Shown here: positions 1-8,383 of the stretch, in pieces
Position numbering within the stretch: position 1 is the first letter of the stretch
Layout of the letters: each line of letters begins with the position of its first letter
Assembly: GCA_046350055.1 (NCBI GenBank)
Contig: JAXMBC010000001.1
Coordinates: 151,425 to 215,424 of the forward strand
Direction: 5' to 3'
Origin: Gemmatales bacterium
GTDB lineage: Bacteria > Planctomycetota > Planctomycetia > Gemmatales > HRBIN36
Length of the DNA stretch: 64,000 nt
Program-made: the position numbers and the translations under genes
The notes under the pieces: model-generated
Databases searched by the model: none
Seen by the model: only the letters and a program-made list of their open reading frames with translations
What the model was told of the DNA's origin: nothing

Positions 1-2
1 GC

Positions 3-563
3 CGACTCTCCACCCTGTTCGAACTGATCTACAGCCACCCCAAACCGACGATCGCCGCAGTGAACGGTGCCGCCGTAGCTGGCGGTGCGGGGCTGGTGAC
101 GGTGTGCGACCTCGCCATTGCCGATGCCGGTGCCAAGCTCGGCTACCCTGAAGTAAAACGGGGCCTGGTAGCAGCCATGGTAATGCCCCACCTCCTGCGG
201 CACGTCGGCGAACGAGCCGCCCGTGACCTGCTACTGACCGGGCGACTGGTGGATGCTGAGGATGCCTGGCGGATGGGATTGATCAATGAAGTGGTTCGCC
301 CCCATCTCACCGCCAACGATGTTGCCGCGGGCATTCCCCCAGCCAGGACAAGCGTGGATCGCGCATTGGAAATCGCCAAAGAGTTGGCCGAGAGTTCGCC
401 CAATGCCCTGACCATCACCAAGCGGTTGCTGGCCGAATGCCGCAGCGGCGCAGTAGCCAACTCCGGCCTCGCCCGCGAAAGCGCCGACGCCCGCCTCCAC
501 ATCGAAGCCAAGTCCGGCCTGAAAGCATTCCTCGACAAGAAACCCGTACCGTGGATGAAATAG
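3..563 (+). CDS. enoyl-CoA hydratase/isomerase (crotonase) family protein, 5' end outside window
   Basis: Frame 3 is open from nt 3 (..HPKPTIAAVNGAAVAGGAGLVTVCDLAIA..GYPEVKRGLVAAMV..), typical crotonase-fold motifs; stop at 561-563. Confidence 0.85.
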   Translation, partial: RLSTLFELIYSHPKPTIAAVNGAAVAGGAGLVTVCDLAIADAGAKLGYPEVKRGLVAAMVMPHLLRHVGERAARDLLLTGRLVDAEDAWRMGLINEVVRPHLTANDVAAGIPPARTSVDRALEIAKELAESSPNALTITKRLLAECRSGAVANSGLARESADARLHIEAKSGLKAFLDKKPVPWMK

Positions 564-658
564 CTCTCGCAAGCTGGAATAGCGGTACGTGACAATCTGC
601 AATAGCTGCGTCAATTTCCACCCCAACTTTGAATGCTAGCTGACACCTTCTGCAAGTA

Positions 659-751
659 GCCGCGGAGCGGCTTAATATGAATAGCCGTGGGTGAGCGCAG
701 CGAAACCCACGGAACGATAACGTCCCGTACCTTGAGCCGCGTTAGCGGCGC
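659..751. repeat. left inverted-repeat arm (REP-like, hairpin-bearing)
   Basis: gccgcggagcggcttaatatgaatagccgtgggtgagcgcagcgaaacccacgg...gccgcgttagcggcgc. It matches the reverse complement of 1224-1318 with about 6 substitutions plus a small indel, by eye. Internal 8-bp stem ccgtgggt/acccacgg. Confidence 0.8.
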
Positions 752-757
752 GACATG

Positions 758-1207
758 TCACGACAGATATTTCTCGTCAAACTCAATCCCTGCTTCTTTC
801 AGCAACCGACGCAACTCCTCCATCGGTGCTTCCCGTCGATGATGCTCCTCCTGGTTCTTGATGTAATCAATCAACTTATCCTTCTCTCGCCAGGATGCTG
901 TAAATGCTGCATAGCCATCCTGCCAGCCATCAAACTGTGCGAAGATTTGCTGTTCACTGATCCATCGACTGGAACTGGCTTTCACCTCACGGACAAAGTC
1001 TGCAATACATAGAGTGGTTGGCAGATGTGTCAGAATGTGGAGATGATCCTCCACGCCACCAATACGGTAAAGGTGACATTGGTGGTTCTTGTGAATTCCC
1101 CAGATGTATTTGAAAAGTTCGTCACGGCGGTCAGCGTGCAGCACGGGGCGACGATTCTTGGTGCTGAAGACGATATGAAAGAGCAATTGGGAATATGTAT
1201 TGGCCAT
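758..1207 (-). CDS. IS200-like Y1 (HUH) tyrosine transposase / REP-associated tyrosine transposase candidate
   Basis: 149 aa: MANTYSQLLFHIVFSTKNRRP.., HUH motif HLHIL, QDGYAAF Tyr region, C-terminal YIKNQEEHH. ATG at 1205-1207. Confidence 0.85.
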   Translation of the reverse strand: MANTYSQLLFHIVFSTKNRRPVLHADRRDELFKYIWGIHKNHQCHLYRIGGVEDHLHILTHLPTTLCIADFVREVKASSSRWISEQQIFAQFDGWQDGYAAFTASWREKDKLIDYIKNQEEHHRREAPMEELRRLLKEAGIEFDEKYLS

Positions 1208-1223
1208 GGCACATCTGCATGGA

Positions 1224-1318
1224 GCGCCGCTAACGCGGCTCTGGTGGTACGGGACGTTTTCCTTCCGTGGGTTGCGCTTCGCTCACCCACGGCTATTCAC
1301 ATCAAGCCGCTCCGCGGC
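1224..1318. repeat. right inverted-repeat arm (REP-like, hairpin-bearing)
   Basis: Reverse complement of 659-751 with few differences. The same ccgtgggt/acccacgg stem is conserved, but the loop sequence differs. Confidence 0.8.
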
Positions 1319-1402
1319 TGTGGCTGCAATACCATCTGCCATAATTCATCCATCGTCGGGATATACCACAATGCCACCGTGGCTACGGCATGACAAGACC
1401 AC

Positions 1403-2401
1403 TCAATTCGTCAAATACCGGAACACCGCCTCCATGTTGTCGTCTTCTGAATAGAGTTCGCTGATGTTGATCGACTTGTCACGCAAGATGGTCGGCAGAC
1501 GGGCATAAAACAAGTCGGGCGTCTTGGTCTCCGCCACGATCTGATGATCCGCATCCTTCACAGTCAGACCGAGCACATCGGGATGATGTACCAGGCTGGT
1601 CGCCAGTTCCCTCACTTTGTCAGCAATGAGCACGATCCGGTGCGGATACTTGTCAATGAGATCACGAATGTCGCGCAGGTTACCCTCTGCCACCAGGCGG
1701 CCACGGTGGATCAGCACGATCTGCTGCGTCAGCCCCTGCACTTCATGCAGCACATGGCTCGAGAGCACAATGCTCTTCCCCTCGTCCGCCAGCTTCAGAA
1801 TGATGTCCATCATTTCGCGACGGGCGATGGGATCGGTGCCGGAGAAAGGTTCGTCCAGAAACAAGACCTGCGGATCATGCACCAGCGATTGAGCGACCTT
1901 GATGCGCTGCCGCATGCCGCGCGAGTAGCCCCCGATGGCTCGCTGCTGGGCATCCTGCAGCGAGACTCGTTCAATAGCCTGCTCCGCCTTCTCCCGTGCC
2001 GCTGCTCCCGTGAAGCCACGCAGCAGGGCAAAGGTGTGGATGAACTGCCAGCCGGTCATCCATTCATAAAAAGCATCCTGCTCCGGGCAGAGGCCGATGT
2101 GCCGATACAGCCACGGATTGTTCCACGGCACCTCGCCCAGCACCGTGACATGCCCTTTGCTCGGCTTCAGTTGCCCGGTAACGAGTTGCAGAAACGTGGA
2201 CTTTCCCGCCCCGTTGGGCCCGAGCAGCCCGGTGACGCCGGGGCCGATCTTCAGGCTCACGTTGTTCAGGCCGATGACATTGCCATACCACTTCGAGACA
2301 TTGTCGAAGTGGATCAGCGCAGCCGGTCCAGCGTTTTCACGCGTGTTCTCAGAATGCACAGGGAGACCACTCCATAAAGGACGAGCATGTAGGCGGACCA
2401 C
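1403..2401 (-). CDS. ABC transporter ATP-binding protein (module 2)
   Basis: Walker A GPNGAGKST and Walker B LFLDEPFSGTDP. The longest ORF starts at GTG 2401 and would overlap the upstream permease by 88 nt, so the true start is probably internal (e.g. GTG ~2359). Confidence 0.9.
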   Translation of the reverse strand: MVRLHARPLWSGLPVHSENTRENAGPAALIHFDNVSKWYGNVIGLNNVSLKIGPGVTGLLGPNGAGKSTFLQLVTGQLKPSKGHVTVLGEVPWNNPWLYRHIGLCPEQDAFYEWMTGWQFIHTFALLRGFTGAAAREKAEQAIERVSLQDAQQRAIGGYSRGMRQRIKVAQSLVHDPQVLFLDEPFSGTDPIARREMMDIILKLADEGKSIVLSSHVLHEVQGLTQQIVLIHRGRLVAEGNLRDIRDLIDKYPHRIVLIADKVRELATSLVHHPDVLGLTVKDADHQIVAETKTPDLFYARLPTILRDKSINISELYSEDDNMEAVFRYLTN

Positions 2402-3420
2402 TGCCAGGGGTACAGGGAACGGATATCGCGGCCACGCGTTACTTTACCATCACCGGTATTGATCTCGAGAGTGGCGATGCGATCTTCGCCAGGTCGCACA
2501 CGAGGCTGAACGCCGGGCCGGTTGCGATTGCGGCCAAACATACCGCCGGCGCCGGGGAGCTTATCAGTAGCGGCACCCTTGAGTATCTCGTAACCCTTGT
2601 CGATACTCTGCCAGGCTGATTCCGTATCAAGCAGCGCTTCCTGCACTCGCTGCACATTCTTGGTGAAGCTGGCAAGGTTGGACCACTCTTCAAACCGCGT
2701 GGCAAAGAAGAGCATGACCCACAGGGCATTGGTGAGCAGCCACCACGCAAACCACATGATGCTGACATACCGCGAATTGCGTGACAGGGAGGAGAGCGCG
2801 AGCATCCACAGACCATACACCAGCGAGATCAACAGACTCACCAGCAGAATACCCCAGAGCAGTGGCAGCATCTCGGTAATGATGCTCAGCTTCAAACTGA
2901 AAAGAATACCCAGCACCCAGGCAAGCACTGCCGGCCCCGCCGTGACAGTGAATACGAAGAAGGCAATGACCCCAAGCTTGCCGAAGAAGTATTCCCAGCG
3001 TCGCAGCGGACGGGACAGATACAGGGGTAGTGCATTGAAGCGGATGTCCTTGCTGATGAGATTTGGCCCCACCAGCATCACCAGGATCATCAGCAGAAAG
3101 TACTGCACATAGAAGAAAAAGTGGAAAGCCAGCGTCCAGACTGCACGGCGATAGGTATCCGGAGCATTGAGCAACTGATCGGGAAAGTTAAAGAACGAGA
3201 GGAGCGTTCGGATGGACGTATTCCCCTGATCGAACATGCTCCACAGGATGATGAAGGTCACCAGGGCCAGTGCCGGGGCAAAGCAGATGATCATCAGCAG
3301 TCGTACCAGCTTGCTGCGCAACTGCATCTGCACGCTATGCCGGGTGACAGCCCACCACCGCCACGCCTGGCTTGTCAGCTTGCCGTTCCAGTGTTGATAT
3401 CCCTGATCGAAGATCGGCAT
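2314..3420 (-). CDS. ABC-2-type transporter permease (multi-pass membrane protein)
   Basis: 368 aa, ATG at 3418-3420, several hydrophobic helices, sits directly upstream of and overlapping an ABC ATPase. Assignment rests partly on context. Confidence 0.7.
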   Translation of the reverse strand: MPIFDQGYQHWNGKLTSQAWRWWAVTRHSVQMQLRSKLVRLLMIICFAPALALVTFIILWSMFDQGNTSIRTLLSFFNFPDQLLNAPDTYRRAVWTLAFHFFFYVQYFLLMILVMLVGPNLISKDIRFNALPLYLSRPLRRWEYFFGKLGVIAFFVFTVTAGPAVLAWVLGILFSLKLSIITEMLPLLWGILLVSLLISLVYGLWMLALSSLSRNSRYVSIMWFAWWLLTNALWVMLFFATRFEEWSNLASFTKNVQRVQEALLDTESAWQSIDKGYEILKGAATDKLPGAGGMFGRNRNRPGVQPRVRPGEDRIATLEINTGDGKVTRGRDIRSLYPWQWSAYMLVLYGVVSLCILRTRVKTLDRLR

Positions 3421-3430
3421 GATAGTCCCG

Positions 3431-3592
3431 GGTGATGAGGAGCCAGAATGCAGAAGCCAGGAGCCAGTACAATCTGGTATGTGATCAAACTGAACCGCAC
3501 TCTGTTGTCCTACGCCTCGCTCCTCAATGTCTTCTGTCTTCTGTCTTCTGGCTACTGACTTCTAGCTCCTAGCTCCTAATTCCTCACCGCCT
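3431..3592 (-). promoter_or_regulatory. intercistronic imperfect inverted repeat built from 7-nt periodic units
   Basis: Left arm 3431-3467 (aggagcc agaatgc agaagcc aggagcc) pairs with right arm ~3549-3592. The right arm also carries (tgtcttc)x3 at 3528-3548 and (tagctcc)x2 at 3562-3575. On the transcribed strand the 5' arm has repeated AGGAG/GAGGA. Confidence 0.5.
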
Positions 3593-4487
3593 GCAGGAAC
3601 ACATCTTCCAGCGTGCTCCGGCGGGGTCGCAGGTGTCTGATCTGGAACGTCTCATTGGCTGCCAGGTCCCAGAGCATCTTTTCGTTGTTGCCCTCGGGTA
3701 ATGTCACAATGAGCAGTTCATCGAACGGCTTGATCTGGCAGCCCAGTTCGGTCAGCCGCTGGCGGAAGCGGTCCTGCTCCACCTTCACCCGTACTTCAAA
3801 CGCCTGCTGCTGCACGATCTTGAGATCCGCGATCTTCCCCTGCGTCAGCAGCTTGCCGTGGTTCATCACAATGACGTAATCGCAGACCGCTTCAACATCA
3901 GGCAGCAGATGGCTGCTGTAGAGCAAACTGATACCCTTGTTCCTGGACAAATCGAGTGACAAGGCAATCAGGTCTTCCCGGCCGGGTGGATCCATGCCAT
4001 TGGTCGGCTCATCCATAATGACCAGCTTGGGATCATGCACCAGCGCGGAAGCGAGCTTGAGTCGCTGCTTCATACCGGTGGAGTAGCTATCGGTAGGGCG
4101 ATAGCGGGCTTCCCCCAGTCCCACATAGTCGAGCACCTCATGGGCCCGCTGCATCGCATCGGTGCTGGCCATGCCGCCGAGTTCCCCGGCATAGGCCACG
4201 AACTCAATACCCACGGTGCTGGGAAACAGGCATTCGTCTTCCGGAACAAACCCGACCTGCTGACGAATCAGGAGAGGCGACTTCTTGATATCGTGCCCCA
4301 GGACCTCACCACTGCCCTGCTTCAGGCTGATCAGCCCCAGCAGTGTGCGGATCAATGTCGTCTTCCCTGCACCATTGGGCCCTAGCAAGCCAATCGCACC
4401 AATCGGCGCAGAGACGGTGAAGTTATTCAAGGCCATGATCTTGCCATAGGCCTTGGTCACCTGGTTGAGCTGAAACAATGTATCCAT
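3576..4487 (-). CDS. ABC transporter ATP-binding protein (module 1)
   Basis: Walker A GPNGAGKTT, Walker B LVIMDEPTNGMDP, ATG at 4485-4487, TAG at 3576-3578. Confidence 0.9.
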   Translation of the reverse strand: MDTLFQLNQVTKAYGKIMALNNFTVSAPIGAIGLLGPNGAGKTTLIRTLLGLISLKQGSGEVLGHDIKKSPLLIRQQVGFVPEDECLFPSTVGIEFVAYAGELGGMASTDAMQRAHEVLDYVGLGEARYRPTDSYSTGMKQRLKLASALVHDPKLVIMDEPTNGMDPPGREDLIALSLDLSRNKGISLLYSSHLLPDVEAVCDYVIVMNHGKLLTQGKIADLKIVQQQAFEVRVKVEQDRFRQRLTELGCQIKPFDELLIVTLPEGNNEKMLWDLAANETFQIRHLRPRRSTLEDVFLQAVRN

Positions 4488-4511
4488 GAGGCTTCTTGGT
4501 TAACGAAATCG

Positions 4512-6044
4512 CTATGGCACAGTGTATGACTTCCGCACGTTACTCTGCCATTCGTTCCGCAAGGCGTCGGATCTTGCCCGCATGGGTGAAAATTCCTGAG
4601 AACTCATCGACATGCCTATACCGATGTACGCCGCCAGTAGCACGACAAGCCACGTGATGCCGAAGAGGATGAGAGCCGTCCGCAATCCATCCCACCCGTC
4701 CAGGCAGGCAAACAACATCCAGGGCAGGGCAAAACAGCAGATGAACAACCAACTGGCCCGCAGGATGCCCCACATCTTCGATCGGGCAATCTGTTCCACT
4801 GGTATCCCGGTCATCAACAGGTCTTCCCAGGTCTTCAGTCTCTTTTCCTCGCTGATGGCACCTGCACAGCGTACCAGCACAGTGATCGCGGCAAAGAAGA
4901 TCAGGATCACCCCCATCAGGATGACATCGGATTGCAGGCGTTCACCATTGAGCCGGTGAACAAGCTGCCAGGCATCACTCAAATTAAATCTCATCAGATA
5001 TTGCACCAGTTGTCCGTGCGAGCCGCTGTTAACCAGCCCGCCGATCATGCTGACCGAAAAGACCGCACATCCAATGGCCCCCAGCCACGTCGGAATGCCC
5101 CGCAGTGCCGGCAATGGTGCAATGCCCAGAATGTTGCTCTCTCGCCACAGGATCGGATCGGATCCCACCCCCTGACGGATGATCCACTTCCAGCGCTGCG
5201 ACCGATCTTCCAGTTGCCGCAGACAGGCCCACCGCAGGAGTGAGCACGAAGCCAGCACAAAGCCAAACCCCAGCCCGAAGAAGACAATCAGGTGGATGAT
5301 CAGCACCGACGGCGAAATGTTGGTAAAGGGATAGGAGGACAACCCCACGCACACTTCCACCGGGTTCAACCACGTCGGCAACGGCCGATCACCCAGCAGG
5401 GTCAGGCTGATCAGCAGGATGATGATTATGATCGAGTAGCAAGCCATGATGGCATCACGCGTTCGCCTCGTGATCACCGAGCTGAACATGCAGATGCCCG
5501 TCAAGGCAAAGGTAATCACACAGGCATGCAGATAGCAGATGAGTACGGGAGTCAGTTCGATCCGTGCCATCCCTGCAATAGCACAAGGCAACGGCAAACT
5601 GTAGAGCATGAACCGAAGCAACTGTGCATAACGGCCCAGCACCTTGCCCCGGACAATCTCGCGGTCAGCCAGTTCGGTGCCGAACAAGGCGCTGAGGGTA
5701 TCTTTCTCTTTTTCCTGTCCCAGGGCGCTGGCGGTAAGGGCAGGCGTGACCAGGAGCAGCACAAAGAGATGGATCGGAAAGAACTTGCCCAGGTACTGGG
5801 CCGCGAACAGCATCTTGGCTTCGTTCTGGGCAACCACCTTGCCCTGCCAGCGGCTCTCGCTCCACCATTGCCTGCTTGTACTCTCCAGATTGGCATCAAA
5901 GCGAAATGCCATGATGCCGAAGTGCAGCAGGCACATGACGAAGAACCCGATGGCTAGAACGAGGATAGACCGTCTGTCCCGCCCCCGATGCAGTTCCCAC
6001 GCCAGCACCGGCCCACCCCAGCGATACGGATAATCCCACGTCAT
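4512..6044 (-). CDS. polytopic membrane protein, probable ABC transporter permease partner
   Basis: 510 aa with many hydrophobic segments, ATG at 6042-6044, 24 nt upstream of an ABC ATPase. No diagnostic motif recognised; the call is by context. Confidence 0.55.
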   Translation of the reverse strand: MTWDYPYRWGGPVLAWELHRGRDRRSILVLAIGFFVMCLLHFGIMAFRFDANLESTSRQWWSESRWQGKVVAQNEAKMLFAAQYLGKFFPIHLFVLLLVTPALTASALGQEKEKDTLSALFGTELADREIVRGKVLGRYAQLLRFMLYSLPLPCAIAGMARIELTPVLICYLHACVITFALTGICMFSSVITRRTRDAIMACYSIIIIILLISLTLLGDRPLPTWLNPVEVCVGLSSYPFTNISPSVLIIHLIVFFGLGFGFVLASCSLLRWACLRQLEDRSQRWKWIIRQGVGSDPILWRESNILGIAPLPALRGIPTWLGAIGCAVFSVSMIGGLVNSGSHGQLVQYLMRFNLSDAWQLVHRLNGERLQSDVILMGVILIFFAAITVLVRCAGAISEEKRLKTWEDLLMTGIPVEQIARSKMWGILRASWLFICCFALPWMLFACLDGWDGLRTALILFGITWLVVLLAAYIGIGMSMSSQEFSPMRARSDALRNEWQSNVRKSYTVP

Positions 6045-6312
6045 CGGGCCGACACTTTCTGCTAGCTACGGTACATCCTCCATTCTACACCGTACGTCAC
6101 ATGCATGGCTATCCAGCATTTATTTCCTGGGCAGAGTCACTGACCCACGAAAGCATGAACCAGGAAAGGTCCCTGTTTTTTCTCCAAGTACACTTGCCAG
6201 CCCGATAGTGTACATCCTTATCATAACTGGAGAGCGGCTGCTCCTGATGTGCATGGCCTGAATGTATGCCTGGCTGGCATGCATACTGGCTACCATGTCA
6301 TGATGGCGGCAA

Positions 6313-6382
6313 CGTCATGCACCCACAGAGCAGTCATCTTGTACAAAACTGCCCTGGGTACATGACGGGATGACAAGATGAC
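6313..6382. promoter_or_regulatory. interleaved inverted repeats (A-B-A'-B'): candidate RNA leader/pseudoknot or operator array
   Basis: A cgtcatgcaccc (6313-6324) pairs with A' gggtacatgacg (6356-6367) at 11/12. B gtcatcttgt (6333-6342) pairs with B' acaagatgac (6373-6382) at 10/10. GTCAT x3 is followed by ATGAC x3. Confidence 0.3.
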
Positions 6383-6500
6383 GTCTGGTACACCAGCAGC
6401 AGGCTGGTGCCGGGGATGATCTGCACCTGCGGTTGCCCCCGAACCACCAACTACGTTTACGCCTCTATATAACCACACTACCTGATCTAATGAGTGGCTC

Positions 6501-7469
6501 ATGGACGTAGAGTGGTTACCCTATCTCGGCAAGCTGTCAGCTCTCGCTGCCAGCATCGTCTGGTCGTTCTCCATCACGATCTATCGTGCCCAGGGTGACG
6601 GCGTACCGGCCCAGACGCTCAATCTCTACAAGCTCTTCGTCGCCATCGTCGGCTTCAGTGCATTAGTCGTCGTCATGCAGTTCGGCCCGGCTGAATATGC
6701 ACCACGCTTCCCTGCCTCCTGGCAGAAGTCCTGCTGGCTCATGCTCTCTGGCATCATCGGGCTGACCCTCGGCGATACTCTTTTCTTCTACGCCATCAAG
6801 CATCTCGGTGCCGGGCTGACCTCCGCCCTGCAGTGCCTGACGCCACCACTCAACGCCATCATCGACTGGCTCTACCTCAACAAGCAGATGACAGGCATCC
6901 AGATCATCGGTCTCATCATCGTCGTGACAGCTGTCGCGGGTGTGGTACTGGCTGGTGCCCGGCGACGCAAGCGAATCAGCAGGGAGCATGATGCCCTCTG
7001 GTTCCTCGGCCTGATTGCAGCCGTTGGTTCCGCATTCAGCTCCGCAGTTTCCTATGCCATCACAGGCGAGGCCCTCAAAGGCGAAAGTATCTGGACCTGC
7101 AACATCCTCCGCTTTGCCCCTGCCTTCGGGGTGCTGCTCGTATTCGCCCTCTTCACCCGTGGCGGTTGGTCCGGCGTGAAATACCTCGTATCCCATCCGA
7201 AAAAGATGGGTATGCTCACTGTTGCTGCCTTTCTTGGCACCATCGTCGGTATTTCCCTGCTCTCCTTTGGGTTTCAACACGCTGATACAGGCATCGTGAG
7301 CACCTTGAGCACCACCTACCCCATCTGGGTAGTCGGGGTGGCAGCCTTGTTCCTGAAGGAATACCCTTCGCCCCAGCAACTGCTCTGCACCCTGCTGGCT
7401 ATTGTGGGAATTGCCCTCTTGATGTTGCCTGCGAGCGTGTGGACTGGCTGGCTGACTGGGCATTTGTGA
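6501..7469 (+). CDS. EamA/DMT-superfamily transporter
   Basis: 322 aa, about 10 hydrophobic helices arranged as two EamA-like halves, ATG at 6501. Confidence 0.8.
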   Translation: MDVEWLPYLGKLSALAASIVWSFSITIYRAQGDGVPAQTLNLYKLFVAIVGFSALVVVMQFGPAEYAPRFPASWQKSCWLMLSGIIGLTLGDTLFFYAIKHLGAGLTSALQCLTPPLNAIIDWLYLNKQMTGIQIIGLIIVVTAVAGVVLAGARRRKRISREHDALWFLGLIAAVGSAFSSAVSYAITGEALKGESIWTCNILRFAPAFGVLLVFALFTRGGWSGVKYLVSHPKKMGMLTVAAFLGTIVGISLLSFGFQHADTGIVSTLSTTYPIWVVGVAALFLKEYPSPQQLLCTLLAIVGIALLMLPASVWTGWLTGHL

Positions 7470-7493
7470 GCTAGGCTATGGCAGGTTCCCCCA

Positions 7494-8381
7494 GTGAGAC
7501 CTGTCATGATTCGCCTGCTCTACGTGCCCATCCTCCTGCTGCTGACACAGCAGACCATTCACGCTCAATACGGCCACAACTGGACGTGGAAAGCTGCTCC
7601 CGATTCAGCGAAGCTGCGTAACTGTGTCAGCGACATGACCCTCTTGCTCAAAGCTACGCCGGTCCCCCTGGGTGGTATCGATGGTGCGGGGGAACCCATG
7701 ACTCGCGATGCCGTGATCACCTTCAATCAGAAGAGCGAAGGCACGAAGGTCGGTGACCCCTTTGTCTTCCCCGGCAACATCGGATACAACGCCTGCAAGA
7801 CCAACAAGGCTCCGTACGATGTCACTGTGACAGCCTGCCTGATCGTGGCCATGGAGCACTTCAGCAAAGATGAGATCGCCATCGGGAGCGATGGCAAAAT
7901 TAATGAAGCAGGCGAATGGAAGGAGGGAATCACCCTCTTCCGCAAAGTGTTTGGTCGTGATCCCAGGTTTATCAGTGCTGAGAAAGTCGCATCAACCTTC
8001 GAGTTCATCAAGCATATCGATCTCAAACCCAAGTGGGAGAGCAACCAGCTTTGGATCGTGTTTGGTCTGCTAGGCGTCGGGGCCCTGGCTGCGTGGTATG
8101 TATTCAACCCACGACCTGATTTCACCATCTACTTTGAACGCGACGGAACGGCGTATGTGAAAGGCAACTTCCCGGAGATGTATCTGAACGCTATCCGCAC
8201 CTTCTTCAAGAGCGAACTGCCCATGCGCCGCAATGCCTTGGTGAAAGGCTGGCACGAAACGGGTGGCCGGTTCCGTCTGGGTTTCCTTGGCCCCATCTCC
8301 GACAAGGAGCAACAGCGTATCCGCACCTTCTTCGGCATGTTGCGGGCCAGGAAGAGCGAGGAAGTGGGAACGGGTGGCTGA
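7494..8381 (+). CDS. hypothetical bitopic protein (signal peptide, extracytoplasmic domain, one TM, cytoplasmic tail)
   Basis: N-terminus MIRLLYVPILLLLTQQTIHAQ, TM LWIVFGLLGVGALAAWYVF, tail ..DFTIYFERDGTAYVKGNFP..EQQRIRTFFG resembles DUF3634-type tails (from memory). Start is GTG 7494 or ATG 7506. Confidence 0.5.
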   Translation: MRPVMIRLLYVPILLLLTQQTIHAQYGHNWTWKAAPDSAKLRNCVSDMTLLLKATPVPLGGIDGAGEPMTRDAVITFNQKSEGTKVGDPFVFPGNIGYNACKTNKAPYDVTVTACLIVAMEHFSKDEIAIGSDGKINEAGEWKEGITLFRKVFGRDPRFISAEKVASTFEFIKHIDLKPKWESNQLWIVFGLLGVGALAAWYVFNPRPDFTIYFERDGTAYVKGNFPEMYLNAIRTFFKSELPMRRNALVKGWHETGGRFRLGFLGPISDKEQQRIRTFFGMLRARKSEEVGTGG

Positions 8382-8383
8382 TC

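Larger units (their letters stand above)
659..1318 (-). mobile_element. Y1/HUH transposase unit flanked by ~94-bp inverted repeats (RAYT/REPIN-like or IS200-like element)
   Basis: Transposase ORF 758-1207 is bracketed by 659-751 and 1224-1318, which are reverse complements of one another. Confidence 0.6.

Noticed and set aside
3528-3575. Short tandem repeats (tgtcttc)x3 and (tagctcc)x2 considered as a CRISPR or minisatellite.
   Set aside because: The units are only 7 nt with no spacers and no cas genes. They are better explained as part of the intercistronic inverted repeat reported above.
6290-6502. 70-aa minus-strand ORF inside the long divergent intergenic region.
   Set aside because: It has no SD, an odd composition, it runs through the inverted-repeat array, and its start codon abuts (overlaps by 2 nt) the divergently oriented EamA start. 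It is more likely non-coding.
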